From the NCBI GenBank assembly GCA_002269645.1, contig NIVC01000649.1:23703-87702 (forward strand): 64,000 nt of DNA, given 5' to 3'. The position numbers and the translations under genes are program-made. The first letter of the stretch is position 1; each line of letters begins with the position of its first letter. Positions 12,671 to 25,507 of the stretch are shown here, one piece after another. Below the pieces are notes generated by a model, which was given only the letters and a program-made list of their open reading frames with translations, was not told the DNA's origin and did no database searches. The stretch comes from Macrostomum lignano (taxonomy: Eukaryota).

Positions 12671-13574
12671 CCAGAAAGAGAGCAAGTTCTTTGTTATTTA
12701 TTTGAAGCTATTTTGGCTTCATCAGCAGGCATTTGTCTTCTTTGTTGTTTTTTCTCCAAAAAGTATTTATTTTTAGCGTTCTGGAGATGAATAAAGTAAT
12801 GATTAAAATACGTTTTTATTAAATTAAAATAATAATATAAGTCCTGAATTTTAATCTCTGTGAAAAGTTGATTTCGAAGAACTTTTGTAATTTCTTCGTT
12901 GATTTATAACAGATCGATTTGTTTTACTCTAAGTGTGACGGTCGCTTTTTAATTTTAGAACCGGCGCAAATTGAAGTTACGTAACTTGGTGTACATACGA
13001 GTACAAGCCAATAATTCTAGTCGTCGGTCAGTCACGTGACTTACTACTGTACAATGTACATTCTCCCCAGCCTTAGCAGCCATTGAATAGTTTACTAACA
13101 AAGAATTAAATAACTATATTTATATATGTAAATATATCGCGCAAAAACTACTTTTAGCTGCGGAGTCCAGTAGTGCATCGAGGATAATAATGATTATTGC
13201 TGTATTTCGAATGGTAAAATTAGGTTTAGAAGTACAAACAGTAGCTGGTACTTTGGGGGCGTTTTATTCTGATTGATCGAGACACAATGCGCTAATTCTG
13301 CGGCGTATGGGATACAAAGAGTAGAGGTAGGATTAGGCTTCAATAAAAGTGCTTTCTCTAGAAAACCAACACAGGAGTGGCACACTAATGCTGACTGCGA
13401 AACTGAAATCTGAAACACAATCTGGTTGATAAATCTTCTTTAGATCGAATTCCTCACCTGACTTGCCCTTGGTGTCCGCTTTTTTAATCCTTCATTCCTC
13501 CTTGCCACTTTTGCGACTGAAATCCACCTGCTGCTCTTCATTTTCTCAACTCACTTTCCATCTGGCTGCCCTTC

Positions 13575-15960
13575 CCTCACCATCTCTGTATCTACTCTCA
13601 CCATCTCAGTCTCTCCTCTCACCATCTCAGTATCTACTCTCACCATCTCAGTCTCTCCTCTCACCATCTCAGTATCTACTCTCACCATCTCAGTATCTAC
13701 TCTCACCATCTCAGTCTCTCCTCTCACCATCTCAGTATCTACTCTCACCATCTCAGTATCTCCTCTCACCATCTCAGTATCTCCTCTCACCATCTCAGTA
13801 TCTACTCTCACCATCTCAGTATCTCCTCTCACCATCTCAGTATCTACTCTCACCATCTCAGTCTCTCCTCTCACCATCTCAGTATCTACTCTCACCATCT
13901 CAGTATCTCCTCTCACCATCTCAGTATCTACTCTCACCATCTCAGTCTCTCCTCTCACCATCTCAGTATCTACTCTCACCATCTCAGTATCTCCTCTCTC
14001 CATCTCAGTCTCTCCTTTCCATCTCAGTCTCTCCTCTCCATCTCAGTCTCTCCTCTCCATCGCAGTCTCTCCTCTTCATCTCAGTCTCATCTCTCAATCT
14101 CAGTATCTCCTCTCTCCATCTCAGTATCTACTCTCTCCATCCCAGTCTCTCCTCTCCATCTCAGTCTCTCCTCTCCATCGCAGTCTCTCCTCTTCATCTC
14201 AGTCTCATCTCTCAATCTCAGTATCTCCTCTCTCCATCTCAGTATCTACTCTCTCCATCCCAGTCTCTCCTCTTCATCTCAGTCTCATCTCTCAATCTCA
14301 GTATCTCCTCTCTCCATCTCAGTATATGCTCTCTCCATCTCAGTATCTCCTCTCACCGTCTCAGTCTCTCCTCTCACCATCTCAGTATCTACTCTCACCA
14401 TCTCAGTATCTCCTCTCTCCATCTCAGTCTCTCCTTTCCATCTCAGTCTCTCCTCTCCATCTCAGTCTCTCCTCTCCATCGCAGTCTCTCCTCTTCATCT
14501 CAGTCTCATCTCTCAATCTCAGTATCTCCTCTCTCCATCTCAGTATCTCCTCTCTCCATCTCAGTCTCTCCTATCCATCCCAGTCTCTCCTCTCCATCTC
14601 AGTCTCTCCTCTCCATCGCAGTCTTTCCTCTTCATCTCAGTCTCATCTCTCAATCTCAGTATCTCCTCTCTCCATCTCAGTATCTACTCTCTCCATCTCA
14701 GTATCTCCTCTCTCCATCTCAGTATCTACTCTCCATCTCAGTATATACTCTCTCCATCTCAGTATCTCCTCTCTCCATCTCATTATCTACTCTCCATCTC
14801 AGTATCGCCTCTCTCCATCTCAGTCTCTCCTCTCCATCTCAGTCTCTTCTCTCCATCTCAGTCTCTCCTCTTCATCTCAGTCTCATCTCTCTATCTTAGT
14901 ATCTCCTCTCTCCATCTCAGTCTCTCCTCTCCATTTCAGGCTCTCCTCTCCATTTCAGTCTCTCCTCCCCATCTCAGTCTCTCCTCTCCATCTCGGTCTC
15001 CTCTCTCCATCTCAGTATCTACTCTACATCTCAGTATCTACTCTCACCATCTCAGTATCTCCTCTCTCCATCTCATATCGCCTCTCTCCATCTCAGTCTC
15101 TCCTCTCCATTTCAGTCTCTCCTCTCCATCTCAGTCACTCCTCTCCATCTCAGTGTCTCCTCTTCATCTCAGTCTCATCTCTCAATCTCAGTATCTCCTC
15201 TCTCCATCTCAGTATCTACTCTCTCCATCTCAGTATCTCCTCTCTCCATCTCAGTATCTACTCTCCATCTCAGTATATACTCTCTCCATCTCAGTATCTC
15301 CTCTCTCCATCTCATTATCTACTCTCCATCTCAGTATCGCCTCTCTCCATCTCAGTCTCTCCTCTCCATCTCAGTCTCTTCTCTCCATCTCAGTATCTAC
15401 TCTTTATCTTAGTATATACTCTCTTCATCTTAGTATCTCCTCTCTCCATCTCAGTCTCTCCTATCCATCTCAGTCTCTCCAATCCATCTGAGTCTCTCCT
15501 ATCCATCTCAGTCTCTCCTCTTCATCTCAGTATCTCCTCTCTCCATCTCAGTATCTACTCTCTATCTCAGTATATACTCTCTTCATCTTAGTATCGCCTC
15601 TCTCCATCTCAGTCTCTCCTCTCCATTTCAGTCTCTCCTCCCCATCTCAGTCTCTCCTCTCCATCTCAGTCTCTCCTCTTCATCTCAGTCTCATCTCTCA
15701 ATCTCAGTATCTCCTCTCTCCATCTCAGTATCTACTCTCCATCTCAGTATCTCCTCTCTCCATCTCAGTATCGCCTCTCTCCATCCCAGTCTCTCCTCTC
15801 CATTTCAGTCTCTCCTCTCCATCTCAGTCTCTCCTCTCCATCTCAGTGTCTTATCCCTCAATCTCAGTATCTCCTCTCTCCATCTCAGTATCTACTCTCT
15901 TCATTGAGTAACTATTCTATGTCTCAGTCTCTCCTCTCCACCTCAGTCTCCCCTCTTCTC
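13575..15960. repeat. 21-bp pyrimidine-rich minisatellite CCATCTCAGTATCTCCTCTCT
   Basis: Direct inspection; ends just 3' of the PK stop. Confidence 0.95.
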
Positions 15961-16027
15961 CACTTCAGTCTCCGCTCTCTCCATCTCTTATTCTCCCCCT
16001 TCTACAGGCACTCAGCCAGTCAGCCAG

Positions 16028-19000
16028 TCAGTTCATATCCTCAGACGGCATCTGAGCTCCCAACTCAACCGTTTCCATCACGGAGCTGCCGCAAAACGTA
16101 CTGCTCCGGCTGCCGTCCCAATCGTCCTCATTCCGCAGGGAGTCGGCCGCAGCCTGAGCATCCATGTTGGTGCTCAGCTGCACCCCCAGGATCTTGCCAG
16201 CCGACTGTGCTGGTAAGGCGCCGTTCGCTCCGAAGTTTAGCAGCCGTTCGACTGGGACAATGGCCATGAGATCGCTTGAATTAGGGCAGGATTTCTCAAC
16301 TAGGATGACGAATAGTTGGGAGTTGGCCGGTCCTGCATCCAGGATGTCGTTGGCCGCCACGCGGAGTCCAGCGTACCGGATTCGATCCTGGGCCTCCAGT
16401 AGCCATTCCGATTTGGCTGGCTCTGCGGGCGTCGCGGTGCCAGCTAGTCACTATTCTGGTCACTGTTCTGGTCACTCTTCTGGTCACTCTTCTGGTCACT
16501 CTTCTGGTCACTCTTCTGGGTACTGTTCTGGTCACTCTTCTGGGTACTGTTCTGGTCACTCTTCTGGGTACTGTTCTGGTCACTCTTCTCGTCACTGTTC
16601 TGGTCACTCTTCTCGTCACTGTTCTGGTCACTCTTCTGGTCACTTTTTTGGTTACTGTTCTGGGTACAGTTCTGGTCACTCTTCTGGGTACTGTTCTGGT
16701 CACTCTTCTGGGTACTGTTCTGGTCACTCTTCTCGTCACTGTTCTGGTCACTCTTCTCGTCACTGTTCTGGTCACTCTTCTGGTCACTTTTTTGGTTACT
16801 GTTCTGGGTACAGTTCTGGTCACTCTTCTGGGTACTGTTCTGGTCACTCTTCTGGGTACTGTTCTGGTCACTCTTCTCGTCACTGTTCTGGTCACTCTTC
16901 TCGTCACTGTTCTGGTCACTCTTCTCGTCACTGTTCTGGTCACTCTTCTCGTCACTGTTCTGGTCACTCTTCTGGTCTCTTTTTTGGTTACTGTTCTGGG
17001 TACAGTTCTGGTCACTCTTCTGGGTACTGTTCTGGTCACTCTTCTGGGTACTGTTCTGGTCACTCTTCTGGGTACTGTTCTGGTCACTCTTCTGGTCACT
17101 GTTCTGGTCACTGTTCTGGTCACTCTTATATCACTCTTCTGGTCACTCTTTTGGTCACTCTTATATCACTCTTCTGGTCGCTCTTCTGGTTACTCTTTTG
17201 TTCACTCTTCTCGTCACTCTTTTCGGCACTGTTCTGGTCACTCTTCTCGTCACTCTTCTGGTTAATCTTCTAGTACATGTACGTAATCACTTTTCAAGTT
17301 ACTCTACTAGTAACTTGGTCTGCAACTGATCAATCTTTTGGTCACTCTTCATGGTCAATATTTTCACTCAGTTATTTTGTCACTCAAATAAACCGGCGTC
17401 ACTCACCGGTATAGAGCACCGGGTGCAGTCCGTACCACATGTTCAACCCGCGACACAGCGCCTCGTCTCGGCACACGCACAGCACTGGACAAGGCGGCCG
17501 GAACATCGCAGTCAGGCGAGGCAGCTCGGCGTGGTCGGTGGCCACTAAGATGGCTGCGGCCCGGCAACGCACGGCGGCTTCGCAGGCCGCCATGGCGCTG
17601 CTGTGCAAGGGACCGGCGGCCGCTGGCGCCAGAGGCTGTCGGCGGAGCCGCTGCAGGTGCTGGCCCGGCTGTAGGCTGGCCTCGGCTTCTCGACAGATCT
17701 GCGGCGGCAAGCAAGATTTTTTGTCATCGTTTATTGGCATAGCTAGGTTTAATTTTGTTATAATGGGTGGCGTCATTCAAATTCGATTTTGTTTTAATTT
17801 GTTGGTTTATTTAGTCAAGACTTCTTATTAATTGGTATTCGGTAACGATCTTTAATTAATTAATTTACAAATGATTTTAATTATTTTTGTTGGTAATAAG
17901 TTTTTCAGCTAAGGTATTTTTATACTTTGTAGCTATATGTATTATATAGTTTCGATTTAAAAAAAGCTTTATTTCGCTCAAATTTTTGTTCTAATTGGTT
18001 CCTACATTCAGCTACGATTTGTTTGAATTATAGTGGGAAATTCGCAGCAACGATTTGTTTATAATTGGTAGGTTAATTTTAATAATATTATGTTATTTAT
18101 TGATAGAATTTTTGAACGTCTATTCTGTATTAATTTATTAATTGGGTTTATTCAGCTACTTTTTATAAATGGTAGATTTATTCAACTTCGATTTCGTTTT
18201 ACTTTTTCGCATATTTACCTATGGTTTTGTACTGAATAATGATTGGTAATAGTTTATTTAGCAATTCGAACTTATAGTATCAATAATTTTATTTTTATAG
18301 GTGATTTTTAGTTCTGAAGACCATTTTTAGTATACGGATTTATTATCATTGGTAGATTTATTCAGGTTTGATTTTTTAGATTAGTAGGTTTATATTTCGT
18401 CCCATTTAACGCCATTTTTATTTTAACTATTAGCCAGTAGGAATAATTCAGCAATGAATTACTTGCGTTTGCGTTTATAATTAGTAATGTTTATTTTAAC
18501 CTTACAAGCATGTTTTAATAAGTAATAATTAACAATAATTATATAATACTTGGTATCTCGCTTTTAAGCAACAAATTTGTTTTAATTTGTAGGTTTATTA
18601 TAGCCCAAGGTGGTTTTGTTTTAAGTATTGCATTTATTGTAGCTACGGTTTTCTATTTCTATTTATAACTGCATGGAAGGTTTTATTGTGCATTCATTTC
18701 AGCAGCTGCATACATCTGACGTGTTTCATGCTTCGTGAGCAAAATAATAACAGCAAAGCTAAAGTCAACTCTCTAAAAAAGATGTACGGCAGTCGACCGC
18801 AGGAAGACAAACAAAAATATGCTTCTCTTGAAAAAGTACAATTTCGCATGCAGGTTTCTCTTTGTTCCAAATCTGTGGCAGTTAAAAAAGCTGTTAGACT
18901 GAGTTAACTCCGGATGTGTGTTTCTAATTTGCTTTTAATGCTTTTTTTTACTCGTTCTTAGCATTTTTCTCTTTTGTTTGGAGATAAAAGCTGTTTTTTA

Positions 19001-22000
19001 CAATAAAGCCATCACCCGACTGTCTGCACACCTGTCACATCCCCGCTTAACTGTGTCCATTTTAATTAGATAGGCTCGCTTAAAATCTGCAGCATCTCCA
19101 CAATCCGTAAAGCACTATCTGATGCCAGCAGATCCTCACGATCTATTTCTAGATTCTCACTCCATCTCCAAAACACTACAATCTCACTCCAAACACTAAA
19201 ATCTCACTCCAAACACTACAATCTCACTCCAAACACTACAATCTCACTCCAAACGCTACAATCTCACTCCAAACACTAAAATCTCACTCCAAACACTACA
19301 ATCTCACTCCAAACACTACAATCTCACTCCAAATACTACAATCTCACTCCAAACACTACAATCTCACTCCAAACACTACAATCTCACTCCAAACACTACA
19401 ATCTCACTCCAAACACTACAATCTCACTCCAAACACTACAATCTCAGTCGAAACACTATAATCTCACTCGAAGCACTACAATCTCACTCCAAACACTACA
19501 ATCTCACTCCAAACACTACAATCTCACTCCAAATACTACAATCTCACTCCAAACACTACAATCTCACTCCAAACACTACAATCTCACTCCAAACACTACA
19601 ATCTCACTCCAAACACTACAATCTCACTCCAAACACTACAATCTCACTCCAAACACTACAATCTCAGTCGAAACACTATAATCTCACTCGAAGCACTACA
19701 ATCTCACTCCAAACACTACAATCTCAGTCGAAACACTATAATCTCACTCGAAGCACTACAATCTCACTCCAAACGCTAGAATCTCACTCCTTTTCTTATA
19801 ATTTCGCTTAGAACGCTAGAATCTCACTCTGAAATCTACAATCTCAGTCCAAACATTATCATCCCACACCTTATCTTGAAATTCTTCTTTTAATTCCCAG
19901 AATCCATTGTCAACAGAAAGCTTCACAATGACCACACCTTAGTAAGGGTGCGCACCGCTTCAACCGGGTATTTGCCAATGGCTGTCTCCCCGACAGCATC
20001 AGGCAGTCGACGCCATCAAGCACCGCATTAGCAACGTCGGAAGCTTCGGCTCGAGTCGGCCTCGGCCTCATCAGCATGCTGTTGAGCAGGTGGGTGGCGC
20101 AGATTGAAGCCTTCGCCGAGGTGCTGCACACCGCTGTGATTCGCTTCTGCACGGCAAATACCTGAAACGGAATTTTTAATTCGATTAGAACCAGGTTCGC
20201 AGCCATGAGGGCCGGTCCCCAAGGCACAGAGAGCTTACATGCCTGATGGTTAGACAGTCAGGGCCGTAGTACACTCTAAGTGAGCGCTTGTATGAGTTCG
20301 TGCCTGCGTACAGTATGGGCCAGCACCAAGGGGCTTTAGCACCAAGGGGCTTTAGCACCAAGGGGCTTTAGCACCAAGGGGCTTTAGCACCAAGGGGCTT
20401 TAGCACCAAGGGGCTTTAGCACCAAGGGGCTTTAGCACCAAGGGGCGCCAGCACCAAGGGGCTTTAGCACCAAGGGGCTTTAGCACCAAGGGGCTTTAGC
20501 ACCAAGGGGCGCCAGCACCAAGGGGCTTTAGCACCAAGGGGCGCCAGCACCAAGGGGCGCCAGCACCAAGGGGCGCCAGCACCAAGGGGCGCCAGCACCA
20601 AGGGGCGCCAGCACCAAGAGGCGCCAGCACCAAGGGGCGCCAGCACCAAGGGGCGCCAGCACCAAGGGGCGCCAACCTAGCGCTGTGTAGGGAGCACCGC
20701 AAATTTGTCCAGCCTATTTCGGAGGCAGGATGAGGCACCCCTGCATCCCTCTCTAGCTATGGCTCCGATGAGGCTAGGAAGAGCGTATCTCACACCCTCG
20801 CCTTTGATTCCCTCAACCTCAGGCAGTGCTTGTATTGAGTCCCAGCATTTCTAGTAGGGGCAGTCGGACTCACACACGAAAAAAAATGTCTAAAACCTAA
20901 TGAAAATTGCCTGTAAAAACGTTTGAAGATGCTCTTACCTTTGATCTTTCTTAGTTTCCTTTAGAACTGTTCCTCTTAAATAGCCGTATAGAAAATAACG
21001 GTTATTACGTCTAGCAAAATTATGGAAACGCAAAATTAGATATTTATGATTGCCTAACCTAAACACAGAGCAGCTTACTCGACATAAGTAACGCTGCGTT
21101 TTTCTGTTCTTTTCAAAAAGCAATTTCTATTCTGAGCTGAACCAGCCACTCGCTTGGAGGGGAAATTCGGCGGTTTCCTGTGGGAGCTCGCAGTCGGGAT
21201 TCTTCTGCCCGTGTCTGAGGCAGTCGGTCACGCCATTTTCCCTTGTACTCTGTGGCCTCAATTGCAATGATGGAGCACGAGCACTGCTAACACTCATTTT
21301 TATCACTCTAATCATGCCACTCTTCTCATGTCACTCTTCTCATGTCACTCTTCTCATGTCACTCTTCTCATGTCACTCTTCTCATGTCGCTCTTCTCGTG
21401 TCACTTTTCTCATGTCACTCTTCTCATGTCACTCTTCTCATGTCACTCTTCTCATGTCACTCTTCTCATGTCACTCTTCTCATGTCACTCTTCTCATGTC
21501 ACTGTAACCAATGTCAATCTAATCAATTTCACTCTCTTTATGTCACTCATCTTCAACTCCATCATTTCAATTCTCATCATCTCAAATCCCAAATCTCACT
21601 CCATAGGGGCCCGCACAATGAAAAAAACTAATTGCTTGCAACTCATCAGCATTACTGTAGGCGTTTAGCTCATATTTCTCATCAGCTTGGATGAGTAGGT
21701 GGCGAAGGCAGACTTGAAATCAACCCCGACATCTTTCAAAGCTTCTTGTGTGGCAGTCTGTTATTTTTCAATCTAACTTCTTTTATCCGCCCACTTGGAT
21801 CAGCCCACGGCATGGCTAATTAAATACGGTAATAGCAACTGCTCCTGTCTTCACCTGGACATCCCTGTCTTAACCTGGACATCCGTATCTTAACCTGGAC
21901 ATCCCTGTCTTAACCTCCTGTCTTAACCTGTACACCCCTGTCTTATTTTGGACACCCGTGTCTTAACCTGAAGACTCCTGTTCTAACGGCCTGGACATCC

Positions 22001-23325
22001 CTGTCTTAACCTGGACATCCCTGTCTTAACCTGGATAACCCTGTCTTAACCTGGACACTCCTGTCTTAATCTGGAGACTCCTGTTCTAACCTGGACACTT
22101 TTTTCTTAATTTGGACCCTCCTGTCTACACCTGGACACCCCTGTCTTACGACTTATCCTTTAAAGTGGAAACCCTTGACTCAACTTGAGCATCCAGTCTT
22201 GAATTGGACACCCCAGTCTCAACCTAGACGTATCCCGACACTTCGATCGTGGAGATCGGGTGTCAACTTGGATATCGGACCACATTCACCAGCGAATTGC
22301 CAGCAACAAACCTTCTCTTGGGGTAGCTCGCACCCCAAGTCGCCGCGTGCCACCAAAACGCCGTCGGCTTCAACTAGAATCTCCTCCAGCGCCTGTAGGC
22401 CTCTGGCGTCGCCAATTTTGGCGACGACAAGCGGCGGTGGCCGACCGTCAGCCGTGGCCGCTTGGCGCAGCCGTCGCACCGTCTCGGCGCTGCGCACAAA
22501 CGAACCCATGACGATGCCAATCCTCGCCAAAGAATCGTCGCCCGAGTCGGATGCCAGAGCCGCTAGATCGTCGAGATCGCGCTGGGAGACCTCAGGCATG
22601 CCGGTGTCCACCCCGGGCAGGCAGACGCACCGGGCGGCGCCCAGCTGGCCTCCGACGATCACCAGGCAGTCCACGGCCGAGTCAGCCGGTCGCGGCGACT
22701 CGACACGCAGCTCCAGCAGTCCGTCGTCGATGTACACAGCTTGGCCAGGCTGTACAATCTTGGCGAAGTTGTCAAAATCGACCCACAGTCGAGTTGACGT
22801 GATGGGCTGTGCAGCTCCAGTTGGTGAGCAGTCGATGGTCACGAGGCTGTCAGTCTCCAGATTCACAGTGTCCGTCAGCTTGCCATGTTCCGGTAGGGCG
22901 CCAGTTCGAATCTCAGATCCGCGAGTGTCCACCGCCACGCCCAGCGGCTTGTGCTGCCAAGTGGAGACCTCCGGATCGTCGCGGAGTTTCTCCTCGGCTT
23001 CGGCGATTAGTTTCAACGCTCGACGATGCTCTTCTAAGGTGCCATGACACAGGTTGAGCCGGGCAATGTCCATGCCGGCTTGGACCATCTCGGCGATGAC
23101 TTTGGCGCTCCAGCTGGCGGGGCCGATGGTGCACATGATGCCGGTGCCCGTGGTCTTGGCTGGGCTGGTGTCCACGTCCAGGCTGCACGCCTGTTGTAGG
23201 GCGGTGCGGAACGAACAGGCGTGGGTGTTGCTGCTGTTGCTGGCCATGCTGCTGATTGACTGCCCAGTGCTCAGAAGTTTACTGCGAATTTTAACCATCC
23301 GATGAGTTTTGGCATTTGTTAGCAT
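16028..23325 (-). CDS. PK: Divergent pyruvate kinase (possible pseudo-enzyme), 4 exons; one apparent -1 frameshift
   Basis: Exons 23325(or a downstream Met)-22312, 20161-19938, 17698-17407, 16422-16028. Motifs [70 protein letters not shown]. The C4 run at 19988-19991 is one base short; adding one restores [15 protein letters not shown] and the phase-0 join to exon 3. Confidence 0.92.
16447..17270. repeat. 12/24-bp minisatellite TCTGGTCACT(G/C)T
   Basis: Fills PK intron 3. Confidence 0.93.
19175..19850. repeat. 20-bp minisatellite AATCTCACTCCAAACACTAC
   Basis: PK intron 2. Confidence 0.95.
20320..20675. repeat. 16-bp minisatellite GCACCAAGGGGC(TTTA/GCCA); same family as 52360-54300, opposite orientation
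   Basis: Two unit variants, ~22 copies, PK intron 1. Confidence 0.95.
21314..21502. repeat. 14-bp repeat TCTTCTCATGTCAC
   Basis: Direct inspection. Confidence 0.9.
21855..22150. repeat. ~20-bp degenerate repeat CTGGACATCCCTGTCTTAAC
   Basis: Direct inspection; PK intron 1. Confidence 0.85.
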
Positions 23326-24119
23326 ATAAATTGATATTCAACGTCATAAATATAGTTATTTGTCTGTGGCCAAAGCATGACCAAGACTTCTTATTTTCAG
23401 TTGGAACATGAGACTCCTTAAAATAGAAAGTGGACTGTTAGCAACTTTCAATCAGCTACTTTCAATCAGGTCCTAGCGCGTGACAACGATTATCTGGCCA
23501 GCGCCACATGACAAGCCTTGTTTCTTGGAGTCCAAAAGAACAGTAAAAATGTTTACTTCATTGATTTTGCGCGTGCTTATGGCAGAGCTCACGTGCTTCG
23601 GAATTCTTGCTTTACTAGGCAAGGCACTGACGTCAGTTGCTAAAAATAGATCTCACGTGATTTCCAACAAGGAGTTCAGCTTCAGTTTGCTAAATTATCC
23701 AAGTTTCCAAATCTGACATTGTCCCACTTATGTTCTCGCGTCAAACCCAGACTTCTAAGTCTGACCCCAGGCTAACACTGCCCAGCTCCCACTCACTTTT
23801 GAGCCCGGCAGGATCTGCTGACTGATCGTCTGCAATCGTACATCTGCACCAAGTGCTGATTTCGCTCGTCTTATTAATTTCGTTCCGACGGGAAGCTCAC
23901 CTCACCGAAGACTGAGACCCGAAGGGACTGGTGGCAGTAACTATACCTGCGCTACTAGAAAGGCTTCTAATACGGGGATGGAGACCTTGGTCAACTATAC
24001 TCACGTTGCCTGAGAAGTGCAGATACAAGACTCGTAGAAGCCGAACCCTCCAAGAAAATCCTAAACACTTCAGGATGTTTTGCAGACTACGAGTAGTTTT
24101 GTCTTTCCTCCACCCGTTA

Positions 24120-24440
24120 GACAGACACCCACCTCACTTCCAACCTAATCATTTCTCACCACCCCATTTCTTCTCATTTCCTTTCGGTGCACTCCTGTCC
24201 ACCGGGAAGACACCCACCTCACTCCCAGCCCAAGCTATCGCACCCACCACCCCATTTCTTATTATTGCCTTTCGGTGCACTCCTGTCCACCGGGAAGACC
24301 CCCACCTCACTCCCAGCATAAGCTATCGCACCCACCACCCCATTTCTTATCATTGGCCTTGCTCTGGACTCCTTCCCACAAACAGACACCCACCTCACTC
24401 CCAGCCCCAACTATCGCCCACCACCCCATTTCTTATCATC
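24120..24440. repeat. ~90-bp degenerate repeat, 3-4 copies (ACACCCACCTCACTCCCAGC...CCACCCCATTTCTTAT)
   Basis: Direct inspection. Confidence 0.7.
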
Positions 24441-25367
24441 GCTTTTCTGTGCATGCCGGGATAAAACTGTGTTTCACTTCTAATTTGCTTTTAATTAATT
24501 GCGCTCAAACAAAAAATGAAAAATTGCTATGTTATCTTCTACTCGTCAGATTTTCAAGAAGCCAAACTAGTGTAAGAAGTACGAGGTAGTCAGAAAACTA
24601 ATTTCCGAAATGACCGAGCCATTGCCCCTCATCTGCTGTGAGTGCCTGCTTAGCTAGTTGAACTTCTTGCTCAAAGCTTGCTGGAATAAAGATCTCTTGC
24701 TTTTACTCTGTCGATTGCAAAAGCAAAAAGCAAAGCAAAAGGATGACGTCAATTAGAATATAAATAGATATTTTCGCAAAAGAAAGATGGTCTGTGTGAG
24801 GGGGTGGCTAAATTTCCGGTGTTGATCACGGACTGCAATTGTTTAAATTAAAAGAAATTGATTTTGCTCACTTTGAAATCTGATTCTATCTTATCTTCAA
24901 TAATTTTAAGGCAGGTAAACAGTAATTATTACACCCACGTTTTTTCGAGGGCGTAGAGCTGCTGAGGGCTAATCTAGTCAGGTGACTTTCTAGAAAACAT
25001 GACGCTGTTCAAGGACCTCCTGACACCTTTAACACCTGGACTAGAGTGTTAAAAGAACACACAAAGAAAGCACTCTGTCTCTAAAGGTGCATGAAGTGAG
25101 CACTCTAGGAACATAAATTGAGCACTCCAATAGCATATAAATTGAGCACTCTAAGAACAAGAAATGAGCACTCTAAGAACACAAGAAAAAGAATGCTTAA
25201 CTTTCCCATTTAGGAGAGGATCAAGAGTAAATATTTTCCAAATTCCCATCTGAACCTTAATCCCCACAGGTGCCGTAAAAGCCCCTGTCTCTATTTCCAA
25301 ATACTAAAATTCTATTCTGAAGCTCAGAACATTTGATGCATCAGTCTAATTGCTCTGTCTTAAGCAG

Positions 25368-25417
25368 CCAATCAGAGAGTGCCATGAGGGAGACCAGGCC
25401 GCGGCAGTTTATAAATA
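25368..25417 (+). promoter_or_regulatory. CCAAT box (25368) and TATA box TATAAATA (25410) of the GPCR gene
   Basis: AGCCAATCAG followed ~40 bp later by TATAAATA, ~90 bp upstream of the proposed ATG at 25508. Confidence 0.55.
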
Positions 25418-25507
25418 CGGCCTGCGTGGGGGACAGCGGCTGCAACGGCTATCTCCCCTAGAGGATATCCTAAGGCAAATACGAATATAAAAGACAAAAA
25501 AGCTGTC

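Noticed and set aside
19980-19995. Programmed ribosomal frameshift in PK
   Set aside because: No slippery heptamer or stimulatory structure is evident, and the same one-base deficit recurs in unrelated genes, so error is more parsimonious.
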